From Nanobdellota archaeon (GTDB taxonomy: Archaea > Nanobdellota > Nanobdellia > Pacearchaeales > GW2011-AR1), in assembly GCA_021818475.1 (NCBI GenBank), contig JAKADZ010000002.1:536-64535 (forward strand): 64,000 nt of DNA, in the 5' to 3' direction. Shown in pieces: positions 1-9,114 of the stretch; the stretch's first letter is position 1, and every line of letters starts with the position of its first letter. The notes beneath the pieces were generated by a model. It was given only the letters and a program-made list of their open reading frames with translations, was not told the DNA's origin and searched no databases. The position numbers were made by a program, and so were the translations under genes.

Positions 1-23
1 GGAAAGAAATTTCAAAATCTCAA

Positions 24-1142
24 ATGGGGAAAATAAACAGAATTGAATATGAAAATCCAGGAGTACTGACTCCTTATTTTAAATCTCATCCAGCTTATTT
101 TTCTGATTTTGTGGCTTTCCAGCATATGGAATTATGGTTAGACGGTTTATCATTAAAGGATGGAATTTTCTCATTTACAGAATCCAGAATACCTTTAATA
201 ATCAGCTGCAGGCTTGCAGGAAATCGCCAGAAGTTGGGGCCAATCCCTTTTTATCTCGGAAACATCACTTACAATATTTCAGACTTTAATACTTCAGAAA
301 GAATTTCATCAGAAGAAACAGTCATCAAGCCATTTATGACAAAAGGACTGCTGAAACTTTTTGCAGATGAAGGAATAAATTATGGAAATCAAAATTCTCT
401 GTCAATATCAATGCAAAATTCAGATAAAGGAAAATCATTTGAAGTAAGAATTGCAGATGATGAAAAAAAGGTTTATGGAAGATTATTGTTTAAAGCAAGA
501 AATAATTATGAAAATGGCTATGCTGAATCATTAAACTCCGGGGAAGAAAAAGCATTAAGAGAATTTACAAGTAAAAGATGGTTTGAGTTTAATAGAGAAG
601 AAAGTTTTTTGGGGTATGATGGAAATGCAATTGACTTTTCCAAAATTGATGCAACTTCTTTTATTGACGAGGCAAACGGATTCTCTCCAAAAAGAAAAAA
701 TTGGGACTGGATGATTTTTAGTAACAATAGTTTTGGTAATGATATCAGGTTAATCCTTGGAAAAAAATGCAGAAGGGCAGGATTTGATCAGGAAGAATAT
801 GGGCTAGCCAGTTTTTTTATAGACGGAAAATTATACAGAATAAAAGGAAGAGTTAACTTTAATTACGATGTGAATGACTTATCAAAACCATTGGAAGTTT
901 ATATAGATGGTGGAAAAGGCAATCAGGCGGAAATAAAAACAATTTCAGTTGCACCGTTTGTAGAAAAATCCACGCTTGATAAAAAAATAAGTTCAGTAAA
1001 AGTAAACCTGGACCTCCAAAGAGTAATAGCACGAACAATGATTAAAGGAGAAATAAACGGAAGAGAAATAAGCACAATGGGTATAGCTTCTTTTGAAAGC
1101 AATAAGGGAATGGAACGGGGAACAAAATATTTTAATGATTAA
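24..1142 (+). CDS. hypothetical protein (372 aa)
   Basis: Long ORF with only a short antisense competitor; no family motif recognised by eye. Confidence 0.5.
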   Translation: MGKINRIEYENPGVLTPYFKSHPAYFSDFVAFQHMELWLDGLSLKDGIFSFTESRIPLIISCRLAGNRQKLGPIPFYLGNITYNISDFNTSERISSEETVIKPFMTKGLLKLFADEGINYGNQNSLSISMQNSDKGKSFEVRIADDEKKVYGRLLFKARNNYENGYAESLNSGEEKALREFTSKRWFEFNREESFLGYDGNAIDFSKIDATSFIDEANGFSPKRKNWDWMIFSNNSFGNDIRLILGKKCRRAGFDQEEYGLASFFIDGKLYRIKGRVNFNYDVNDLSKPLEVYIDGGKGNQAEIKTISVAPFVEKSTLDKKISSVKVNLDLQRVIARTMIKGEINGREISTMGIASFESNKGMERGTKYFND

Positions 1143-1197
1143 TTCTTAAAATATAAAAACTCAATTTAACTTATTATTTTATGATAATTGAGGTGAA

Positions 1198-1345
1198 CAA
1201 TTTTGTGAATAGAAATTTTTCTCTTTTTAATAAGGGGAAGTTTTCACGAGTACAAAAAAATTTTCCGCTTGGGATGGGAGGGCGGGAATGACGAGTGAAA
1301 ACTTGAGCATGGAAAAGATAAATAAACGAAATTGTAAATTATTAT
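1198..1345 (+). repeat. mosaic intergenic repeat copy (gaatagaaa box, ttttcacgag box, G-rich core gggatgggagggcggg at 1271-1286)
   Basis: Same boxes recur in about 20 spacers of this window. Confidence 0.7.
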
Positions 1346-1349
1346 TGCA

Positions 1350-2036
1350 ATGAAAAAGGTGATTGTTATGAGTCTTGGCGGAAGCCTGATAATTCCGGAC
1401 AATGTCAATGTTAAATTCCTGAAAAATTTCAGAAAAACTATTTTGAAGAATACAGATAAATACAAATTTATAATTGTGTGCGGGGGAGGGAATATTGCAA
1501 GAAAATATATTTCTGCACTTAAAGAAATAAATGCAGATGAAAATCTTCAGAGTTTCGCAGGAATTTCGGCTACGAGGATGAATGCAAGATTTATGTCTTA
1601 CTTTTTCAATCAGGATCAGGAAGTAGGGATACCTCACAAAATGAAAGAACTGAAAAAATATGTAAGGAAATATAATTTTGTTTTTTGCGGGGCGCTTGAA
1701 TATAAACCGCATCAGACTTCAGATTCCACTGCAGCAGAAATTGCAAAAGCATTCAGATGCAATTTTATAAATTTAACCGATGTTTCAGGACTGCATGATA
1801 AAAATCCCAAAGAATTCAAAGATGCAAAATTTATTCCAAAAATTTCATGGAAAGATTTTAACAAAATGGCGAATAAAATAAAATTCAAGCCAGGGCAGCA
1901 TTTTGTCCTCGATCAGCATGCATCTAAAATGATAATGGAAAACAAAATAACTACTTACATTCTAGGAAAAAATATGAACTATTTAGATAACCTCCTGAAA
2001 GGAAAAAAGTTCAAAGGAACAATTATTGCTGAATAG
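1350..2036 (+). CDS. pyrH: UMP kinase, archaeal type (amino-acid-kinase fold)
   Basis: VMSLGGSLI start and IIVCGGGNIARKYI glycine-rich motif; about 226 aa, as in archaeal PyrH. Confidence 0.7.
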   Translation: MKKVIVMSLGGSLIIPDNVNVKFLKNFRKTILKNTDKYKFIIVCGGGNIARKYISALKEINADENLQSFAGISATRMNARFMSYFFNQDQEVGIPHKMKELKKYVRKYNFVFCGALEYKPHQTSDSTAAEIAKAFRCNFINLTDVSGLHDKNPKEFKDAKFIPKISWKDFNKMANKIKFKPGQHFVLDQHASKMIMENKITTYILGKNMNYLDNLLKGKKFKGTIIAE

Positions 2037-2532
2037 GGCTTGTATTTGATACTGCTTGTTTAGGTTTATTCCTGTTTTTTATTAGGAGATAAACAATTAA
2101 TGCAATAACAATAAAAATAATTATTCCGATAATTATCTGAAATGTTGTGCTGACAAAAAAGACTTCTTTATTTGAAGCAGTCTGAGAGGGAGAAGAGAAG
2201 TTATTCTGCTGAGTGGAAATATTATTAGAAGGAGTGGGGGAAGAGAAGTTATTCTGTATTTCAGAAGACGGAATGTTTTCCTGAGTAGGCGGAACAGACT
2301 GATTAGAAATATTTGAAGGAGAATTTAATGGAGGTGAAGGAATTGTTGTTGTAGGGTTAGAACAATCCTGCGGACAGGTTGATGCAGTTTCCCCTGGCTC
2401 ACAAATACCGTCGCCGCACATATTTTGAGTAGTCTGATTAAATGAACCCGCATCAAGACTTGATACTAATGGAGTTATAATTAAGAATATTAAAATTATT
2501 AATTCAATTGGGATTATTTTTATTTTTTTCAT
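2023..2532 (-). CDS. secreted S/T/P-rich protein with C-terminal membrane anchor
   Basis: N-terminal signal peptide, CGDGICEPGETASTCPQDC motif, low-complexity PSPT region, terminal TM helix; its start overlaps the stop of the upstream pilin-like gene. Confidence 0.6.
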   Translation of the reverse strand: MKKIKIIPIELIILIFLIITPLVSSLDAGSFNQTTQNMCGDGICEPGETASTCPQDCSNPTTTIPSPPLNSPSNISNQSVPPTQENIPSSEIQNNFSSPTPSNNISTQQNNFSSPSQTASNKEVFFVSTTFQIIIGIIIFIVIALIVYLLIKNRNKPKQAVSNTSPIQQ

Positions 2533-3689
2533 CTTATATATAAAATAACATTTGCTCTTTCATCATAAGTTTGACATGCACAACAGTGAGATGAAGACGG
2601 ACCTGCTTCACACCAACTATACCAAGCCCCATAAGACCCGCATGATTCACCGTGGCCATAATAGTTCTGATTAGACCACCCCCCATCTGGAGAAGAACAT
2701 CCTGAAGAACCCGTTGTTAAAATAGACCCCCATCCATCATTATAATTATACTTAACATAAAAAGTTTTTCCTGCATTAACATTATCATTCCCCCACTGAT
2801 TTGGATCCGATAAAAGATTATAAATATAAACATCAACAGGGTTTAGAGAATTATACCTGTATTGCTGTGTCCAGTGTCCTCTTGTTATTTTATCTCCGGA
2901 ATTTAAAATTGATTTTATAATTGAATCAGATAATTTAACTGTCGTTGCAGAGTTTGGGTCCAATACCGTTCCCACAGCATTAACATTCCAGCAATTGGAA
3001 GATGGAACTGCACCATTAAAAGAAGGATAATTTGGATTGTTTTCGGGACGGCATACTGCAGCTAAAGTCCATCCGCCCCCATCAGTAGTCATATCACAAT
3101 AAACCTGCATCAGATTATTTCCGTCAGGATTAATCCAGTAAATACCGTCTCCGCGTGAAGCACTCAAAAAACTTTTACAGGAAGTTCCGGGACTTGATTG
3201 GCTGTTAAGAGCATCAGAATTAGCTTTATAAAGGTCATAAGAATCAACTACATTTCCTGTTGTCTCCTGACCGTTTGAGGTAGCAATAGGAGCAATTGAA
3301 ATAGTTTTTATTCCAAATGGACCAAGGTCAGAATAAGGGATTGTAAATGTCTGAGTTCCGAGTTCCTGCAGCGAGGAGGGTTCTTTTATTACCTTGGAAT
3401 TTGTCCCGTCAGAAACAATAAAATTAATTGAGGTTAAATCTCCCTGCCCGGAATTTCGTTGAACTGTAACAGCAACATCCCCGTTAGGTTCAAGATTAAC
3501 ATTCTGCAATTTAAGACTGATGAACATTTGCCCAAATGAAGAACTTGCCTGCTGAGTTCCTGATTTTAGAATATTTGAAACAACAACCCAGACAACTCCG
3601 ATAGCGACGAGAGAAAGAACAATTATTATCAATGTAACAACAATGTCAGAAAGACCTTTTTTATTTCTCAGTTCTCCCCTTTTTTTCAT
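2529..3689 (-). CDS. pilin-like (class III signal peptide) surface protein with fibrinogen-related-like C-terminal domain
   Basis: KKGLSDIVVTLIIIVLSLVAIGVVWVV prepilin-type N-terminus; GIYWINPDG...VYCDMTTDGGGWT matches the fibrinogen C-domain hallmark. Confidence 0.7.
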   Translation of the reverse strand: MKKRGELRNKKGLSDIVVTLIIIVLSLVAIGVVWVVVSNILKSGTQQASSSFGQMFISLKLQNVNLEPNGDVAVTVQRNSGQGDLTSINFIVSDGTNSKVIKEPSSLQELGTQTFTIPYSDLGPFGIKTISIAPIATSNGQETTGNVVDSYDLYKANSDALNSQSSPGTSCKSFLSASRGDGIYWINPDGNNLMQVYCDMTTDGGGWTLAAVCRPENNPNYPSFNGAVPSSNCWNVNAVGTVLDPNSATTVKLSDSIIKSILNSGDKITRGHWTQQYRYNSLNPVDVYIYNLLSDPNQWGNDNVNAGKTFYVKYNYNDGWGSILTTGSSGCSSPDGGWSNQNYYGHGESCGSYGAWYSWCEAGPSSSHCCACQTYDERANVILYIR

Positions 3690-3731
3690 TCTATCAGATA
3701 GTTTTTAATATTTAAAAATTCTATTATAAAA

Positions 3732-4196
3732 ATGAATCAGATAATAATTGAAGAAAATAATTTTGACAGGGCAAGAAAATTAATTAATGAAAATAAAGAA
3801 AAGAAAATAATCTTTTCTTCTGACGATGATGAGATTAACAGAAAAATTCTTGAAAAAGAAAAGATAAATATGCTTTTGTTAAATCAATCAGGAAGAAAAG
3901 ATTTTCAGAAACAAAGAAATTCAGGATTCAATCAGGTTCTTGCAAAACTTGCGAAAAAGAATGAAGTCCTGATCGGAATCAACTTTGATGAAATAATAAA
4001 ATCAGAGGAGAGAGAAAAAGCCAAAATTTTAGCGAGAGTAATGCAGAATATTGAAATTTGCAAAAAAAATAAAGTAAAAATGAAATTTATCACAAAAAAT
4101 CAAAAGAGGAATATTCATGACTTAAAATCATTAGGTTTAGTCTTGGGTATGCCAACATGGATGACGAGCGATTTCGCAATGCCGGAAAAAATTTAG
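3732..4196 (+). CDS. RNase P protein component 3 (Rpp30-like), short form
   Basis: GFNQVLAKLAKKNEVLIGINF...LKSLGLVLGM aligns by eye with archaeal Rpp30 (GIDHVLAKL...LISLGVVIGM); the last about 10 codons are encoded by a repeat element. Confidence 0.65.
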   Translation: MNQIIIEENNFDRARKLINENKEKKIIFSSDDDEINRKILEKEKINMLLLNQSGRKDFQKQRNSGFNQVLAKLAKKNEVLIGINFDEIIKSEEREKAKILARVMQNIEICKKNKVKMKFITKNQKRNIHDLKSLGLVLGMPTWMTSDFAMPEKI

Positions 4197-4277
4197 TTGC
4201 ATTTGCGGGGTCGGGAGCAGAGCGATTTCACGAATGCTTGAAAATTTTTAAATGCAATGAGTGGAGTCGGGAGCAGA
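4166..4277 (+). repeat. two tandem copies of repeat module (gatttcRcgaatgc...aaatttaRntgca...gtcgggagcag)
   Basis: Copy a 4166-4220 and copy b 4220-4277; related to 13150-13210, 18490-18560 and 37430-37490. Confidence 0.7.
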
Positions 4278-4326
4278 AGCAACCTGTAAAAGGAACCTTT
4301 TAATATCCCTTTTCTTTAGAATTAAT

Positions 4327-5841
4327 ATGGCTGTTGCTGAAAAAATAATAGAATCTTTAAGTGCAAATGAGAGGAAAATATTACCTTACCTAAATGAAAA
4401 TATCGAAGAAATCTCGAAGAAATCTCATCTGGACAGGACTTCAGTTTTAAGAGCGTTGGAATATTTAGAAAACAAAGGAATTGTGACATTAAACCATGAA
4501 AAAAAGAAATTTGTGGAATTAGGAGTTAATGGTGCTTTATACAAAAACAAAGGTTTGCCGGAAAGAAGATTATTAAGTTTATTAAACGAAAAAACAATTT
4601 TGAAGCTCGAGGATGCACAAAAACAGAGTCAGCTTTCTGATGATGAATTCAAAGTTTCTCTAGGAGTTCTAAAGAAAAAAGCTCTTGTTGGAATAAGCAA
4701 TGGGAAAATATCACTTTCTGCACGCGGTGATGAAATTTCAAAAAAAAGTCTGGAAGAATTATTTCTGGAATCGCTTCCGATGGAATACAGACTATTAAAA
4801 CCGGAACAATTATTCGCATTAAAATCTCTTGAAAACAGAAGAGACATAATAAGGATAAAGGAAGAAGAATCAGTGGGAGTTAATGTAACAAAAGTAGGAG
4901 AAGAAATAGTAAAATCAGAAAAAAAAGTAGGAGAATTAATTGAAGCAGTTACCCCGCAAATGCTTGAAAAAGAATCGCTATGGAAAGGAAAAAAATTCAG
5001 AAGATATGATGTTACTTCACAATTGCCTTCAATAAATGGTGGCAAAAGGCATTTTGTAAATCAAGCTATTGATTATGCGAGAAAAGTCTGGACAGAGATG
5101 GGATTTCAGGAAATGAACGGGAATATGCTTCAAAGTTCGTTCTGGAATTTCGATGCTTTATTCACTGCACAAGATCACCCAGTAAGAGAAATGCAGGATA
5201 CTTTCTTTGTAAATAAAAAAGCTGAATTGCCGGATAAGAAATTAGTGAAAGCAGTAAAAGACAGTCATGAAAAAGGAGTTGACGGAAGCAAAGGATGGGA
5301 ATATGAATGGAATGAAGAAGAAGCCAAAAAAGTAGTTTTGAGGACACATACGACATGCTTATCCGCAAATACTCTTGGAAAGATGGATAAAAAAAATATT
5401 CCTGTAAAATTTTTCGCAATTGGAAAATGTTTCAGAAATGAAACTGTTGACTGGAGCCATGGGTTTGAATTCAATCAGTCAGAAGGGATAGTCGTCGGAA
5501 AAAATTTAAGTTTCAGAAATCTTCTGGGCTATTTGCAGGAATTTTTCAAAAAAATGGGATTTGAAAAAATTAGATTCCGCCCATCTTATTTCCCTTACAC
5601 AGAGCCAAGTGTAGAGATAGATGTATGGCATCCGGAGAAAAAAATATGGTTTGAACTGGGAGGAGCAGGAATTTTCCGTCCTGAAGTCACAATTCCATTA
5701 TTAGGAGAAAAAATGACAGTCCTTGCATGGGGCCCGGGTTTTGACAGAATGATTATGGATTATTACAACATAAAAGATTTGAGAGGACTTTACAAAAATG
5801 ATTTAAGTAAATTAAGAAAGATGAAATTTTGGATGAAATGA
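4327..5841 (+). CDS. pheS: phenylalanyl-tRNA synthetase alpha subunit
   Basis: Class II motifs FRNE (motif 2) and GPGFDRMIM (motif 3). Start set at ATG 4327 (MAVAEKI) because the upstream GTG extension lies in a repeat. Confidence 0.9.
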   Translation: MAVAEKIIESLSANERKILPYLNENIEEISKKSHLDRTSVLRALEYLENKGIVTLNHEKKKFVELGVNGALYKNKGLPERRLLSLLNEKTILKLEDAQKQSQLSDDEFKVSLGVLKKKALVGISNGKISLSARGDEISKKSLEELFLESLPMEYRLLKPEQLFALKSLENRRDIIRIKEEESVGVNVTKVGEEIVKSEKKVGELIEAVTPQMLEKESLWKGKKFRRYDVTSQLPSINGGKRHFVNQAIDYARKVWTEMGFQEMNGNMLQSSFWNFDALFTAQDHPVREMQDTFFVNKKAELPDKKLVKAVKDSHEKGVDGSKGWEYEWNEEEAKKVVLRTHTTCLSANTLGKMDKKNIPVKFFAIGKCFRNETVDWSHGFEFNQSEGIVVGKNLSFRNLLGYLQEFFKKMGFEKIRFRPSYFPYTEPSVEIDVWHPEKKIWFELGGAGIFRPEVTIPLLGEKMTVLAWGPGFDRMIMDYYNIKDLRGLYKNDLSKLRKMKFWMK

Positions 5842-6239
5842 AAAAACAAACAAACAATGATTGTATATTCTGCAAAATAATTGCAGGAGAAATTCCCGCG
5901 GCAAAACTTTGGGAAGATGAAAAATTTTTTATTTTTTTAGACCAGTCTCCGATAAATCCAGGACACACTTTAGTCATACCAAAGAAACATGCAGATTATC
6001 TTTTCGATTTAAATGAAAAAGAATATGCCGAATTAATGTTAAAGGCAAAAGAAGTTGCAAAAGTTTTGAAAAAGAAAATGGACTGCAAAAGAGTAGGCAT
6101 GGCGGTTGAAGGATTTTTTGTTCCGCATGTTCATGTTCATTTAGTTCCGGAAAATAAAGGGAATGAATTAAATCCTGAGAGGGCAAAACCAATGACTCCC
6201 GAGGAATTAAATAAAATAAAAGAAAGGATTTTGAAATAA
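5838..6239 (+). CDS. HIT-family nucleotide hydrolase
   Basis: CIFCKI start and histidine triad HVHVHLVP; ATGA start/stop overlap with pheS (the ORF track starts at 5829). Confidence 0.85.
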   Translation: MKKQTNNDCIFCKIIAGEIPAAKLWEDEKFFIFLDQSPINPGHTLVIPKKHADYLFDLNEKEYAELMLKAKEVAKVLKKKMDCKRVGMAVEGFFVPHVHVHLVPENKGNELNPERAKPMTPEELNKIKERILK

Positions 6240-6277
6240 AATGATAAAAAATAAAATTTCACAAATTAAAAAAACTT

Positions 6278-6341
6278 TGATTTCCCGAATAGAAAACCTT
6301 TCCCCATGGGTGGGCGGGTGGGAACTAGGAGGTGTCGTCGC
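6278..6341 (+). repeat. mosaic repeat copy with G4 core gggtgggcgggtggg (6308-6322) and junction motif ggaggtgtcgtcgc abutting the pheT ATG
   Basis: cgaatagaaaa...tttcccc...GGGTGGGCGGGTGGG consensus shared with other spacers. Confidence 0.75.
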
Positions 6342-8000
6342 ATGGCTAATGTAACATTTCCGACAAAACAATTTGAAAAAGAAATAGGGAAACTAGATGA
6401 GAAAATGCAAAACAAGATTGCAATGTTCGGAACTCCCTTGGAAAAATTTGATGATAATGAAATAGAAATCGAAGTTTTCCCGAATCGTCCTGACCTGCTT
6501 TCATATCACGGATTCAAGAGAAGTTTCCTTGCATTCTTAGAGAAAAAAACAGGATTAAAAGAGTACAAACTTAACAAACCGGAAAAGGATTTTGTGGTTA
6601 ATATAGACTCATCGGTAAAAGAGGTTCGTCCGTATACAGTTTGTGCAATTGTTAAAGGATTAAAATTTGACGATGATAAAATAAAAGAGTTAATAGACAT
6701 TCAGGAAAAACTGCATTTCACAATCGGAAGGAGAAGAAAAAAATTAGCTATAGGAATTTATCCTCTTGAAAAAATAAAACTTCCAATAACTTTCAAAGCG
6801 CTTGAACCAGATAAAATTAAATTTATCCCGCTTGAGATGGATCGGGAAATGACAGGGTTGCAAATTTTGCAAAAACATCCTACAGGGAGGGAATATGCGC
6901 ATCTTCTTGCAGGAAAAGCAAGATTTCCTATATTTATTGATGCAGAAGAAAAAATACTGAGTATGCCTCCAATCATTAATTCACATTTAACAGGAAAAGT
7001 AACAAATGACACAAAAGAAGTTTTCATCGAATGTTCGGGTTTTGATTTAAATGCGTTAAATAAATGTCTTAATATCATAACCACAAATCTTTCCGAAATG
7101 GGAGGGGAAATTTTCCAGATGGAAATTCGGGAGCATAAAAATAAAAAGATTACCCCTAATTTCACTCCGGATAAAATGAAGATTAGTATTGAAAATGCAA
7201 ATTCTCTTTTGGGGGTAAATCTGAAAGAGAAAGATATCGAAAAATTTTTGACCAAAATGGGATACAACTACAAAAAAGGGGTTGTTGAAGTTGCACCTTG
7301 GAGAACAGATGTCCTTCACGAAGTAGATTTAATAGAAGACATTGCAATTGCATATGGCTATGAAAATTTTATTCCTGAAATTCCCAAGATAACCTCAATA
7401 GGAAAAGAAGACAAAGAATGGATAGTAAAAAGAAAAATTGCGGAGATATTGACAGGATTAAACATTCTGGAAGTTTCAAATTATCATCTAACTTCAAAAA
7501 ATGACCAGTTTAAAAAAATGTCTTTACCGGAAGAAAAATTTATTGAAGTTGAAGAATCAAAAACAGATTATACTATTTTAAGGAAAGACCTAACTCATTA
7601 TTTGCTGAAAATTTTATCAGAGAATGTTGATTCAGAATATCCTCAGAGAATTTTTGAATCCGGAAAAATTTTCAGAGGGTTGGGCAGGCAGGACGAGATA
7701 GGCTCTGACTTGGCTGAAACAGAGAATCTCGCTCTTGCAATTGCTCCTGCAAATTTCACAGAAGTCAGGCAAATATTAGAATATCTTTTCAGAATGCTGA
7801 ATTTGGAAATAAAAATTTCAGAGCCGGAAAAAGCTCCTGGATACCTTATAGAAGGAAGAGTTGCAGAAGTTAAATTAGATGGTAAGCCAATTGGATTTTT
7901 GGGAGAAGTTCATCCAAGAATTTTGAGAAACTGGAAAATAAAAATGCCTGTATCAATCTTTGAAATCAACTTAGAAAATATATTTGAAAAACTAAGTTGA
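6342..8000 (+). CDS. pheT: phenylalanyl-tRNA synthetase beta subunit (archaeal type)
   Basis: Length and MANVTFPTKQF...FPNRPDLLS N-terminus typical of archaeal PheT; follows pheS; the upstream 12 codons of the ORF are repeat-encoded. Confidence 0.9.
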   Translation: MANVTFPTKQFEKEIGKLDEKMQNKIAMFGTPLEKFDDNEIEIEVFPNRPDLLSYHGFKRSFLAFLEKKTGLKEYKLNKPEKDFVVNIDSSVKEVRPYTVCAIVKGLKFDDDKIKELIDIQEKLHFTIGRRRKKLAIGIYPLEKIKLPITFKALEPDKIKFIPLEMDREMTGLQILQKHPTGREYAHLLAGKARFPIFIDAEEKILSMPPIINSHLTGKVTNDTKEVFIECSGFDLNALNKCLNIITTNLSEMGGEIFQMEIREHKNKKITPNFTPDKMKISIENANSLLGVNLKEKDIEKFLTKMGYNYKKGVVEVAPWRTDVLHEVDLIEDIAIAYGYENFIPEIPKITSIGKEDKEWIVKRKIAEILTGLNILEVSNYHLTSKNDQFKKMSLPEEKFIEVEESKTDYTILRKDLTHYLLKILSENVDSEYPQRIFESGKIFRGLGRQDEIGSDLAETENLALAIAPANFTEVRQILEYLFRMLNLEIKISEPEKAPGYLIEGRVAEVKLDGKPIGFLGEVHPRILRNWKIKMPVSIFEINLENIFEKLS

Positions 8001-8029
8001 TTTAAGAAACTTTGATTCAACTTTTTCCT

Positions 8030-8117
8030 GAAGTTGGGTTGCAGGATTTGTGAAAAACCCGCTGGAGGGTTCCATTTCGAAATTAATCTTGAAGAAATTT
8101 TTAAAAAGCTGGAGTAA
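8030..8117 (+). pseudogene. degenerate duplicate of the last about 31 codons of pheT
   Basis: Encodes EVGLQDL-stop, then after a frameshift FEINLEEIFKKLE-stop; the true C-terminus is EVHPRIL...IFEINLENIFEKLS. Confidence 0.7.
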
Positions 8118-8174
8118 TTTTAAAGTGATAACAATATAGAAAGATTTAAATAGATTTATTTTAAATTTATAAAT

Positions 8175-8594
8175 ATGAGTTCATTATTCAGTATAGATTA
8201 TACAGAAAAGACTTTACAGTTAGCAATACGAAATTTTGGAGAAGATAAAGGGAGAGGATTAGTTTATAACCCTAGACAGATTTATTCAAAACTAAATGAA
8301 CTTTCGGAACATTTTTATGAGGAATTTTTTCAACCTGGAGATTTTTCTATTGTTTCTATTAGGACAAGACAAGGACCTGGAGAGTTAGCAAAAATTTTAG
8401 AAAGAGAGTTTGGAGTAGAAAGTAATTTTGGAATTGGGGGAATTCTTGCCCAAATTAATTCAACTTATGAACAAGCAAAAAAGATACTTGATGATTTAAT
8501 TGCAAATCCAAAAAAATATTACGAGTCAGAAGAAGAAAAATTGTTTTTTGGAAAACCAAAAAAGATAAGTCCAATAAGGAAACTTTTGAAATAA
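8175..8594 (+). CDS. hypothetical protein (139 aa)
   Basis: Clean ORF, no motif recognised. Confidence 0.45.
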   Translation: MSSLFSIDYTEKTLQLAIRNFGEDKGRGLVYNPRQIYSKLNELSEHFYEEFFQPGDFSIVSIRTRQGPGELAKILEREFGVESNFGIGGILAQINSTYEQAKKILDDLIANPKKYYESEEEKLFFGKPKKISPIRKLLK

Positions 8595-8629
8595 ATCAGA
8601 TTTTTATATCCCTTTTTCTTTTATTAATT

Positions 8630-9076
8630 ATGAAACAAAAGAAAAAACTTTCTTCCCTAGATTATCTTCTAATTCCGACTGGTTGGGGAAGACAAAGAAA
8701 AAAACGAGCTCTCGAGGAAATTAATTCAGGCAGAAAAGTAAAAAATATGATCATTCTTAATGGAAACGATAGCGAAGAAGATATTTTGTATTTAGGAAAA
8801 ATTCTGAAAAGAAAAGAAAAGATAGGAATCGTGACTTTTCCGTTGCATTTTCAGGAATATAAAGAGATAATAAAGAAAGCACAAAAAGAAAAAAAATTCC
8901 CTAAAGAAATAAGAGTAGAAAATATTGCGACCCAACAAACAATAAAACAATTTATCTACGGTCTTCTTGGACTTGCAGAAGAAAGATTTGACAAAAGGGT
9001 GAATTATGCAAAAAACGAACATGAAAGTCATTTTAAGAAAAAATTAAAAAAATTTCTTAAAAAAATTCTGAAATAA
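8630..9076 (+). CDS. hypothetical protein (148 aa), lysine-rich C-terminus
   Basis: Clean ORF; only a weak DUF218-like impression. Confidence 0.45.
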   Translation: MKQKKKLSSLDYLLIPTGWGRQRKKRALEEINSGRKVKNMIILNGNDSEEDILYLGKILKRKEKIGIVTFPLHFQEYKEIIKKAQKEKKFPKEIRVENIATQQTIKQFIYGLLGLAEERFDKRVNYAKNEHESHFKKKLKKFLKKILK

Positions 9077-9114
9077 TTATTTCCCTGAAAAATAGCAGAA
9101 ATGAAAAATAAAAA

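Noticed and set aside
4261-4326. N-terminal extensions of pheS (4261), pheT (6306), rfcL (21999), ftsZ (38341) and rubrerythrin (to 56254) in the ORF track
   Set aside because: The extensions are repeat-encoded or non-conserved. Canonical N-termini (MAVAEKI, MANVTFP, MMWVEKYRP, MVLDFAKE, MLKGSETAKNL) begin at internal ATGs directly after the repeat or SD-like sequence.
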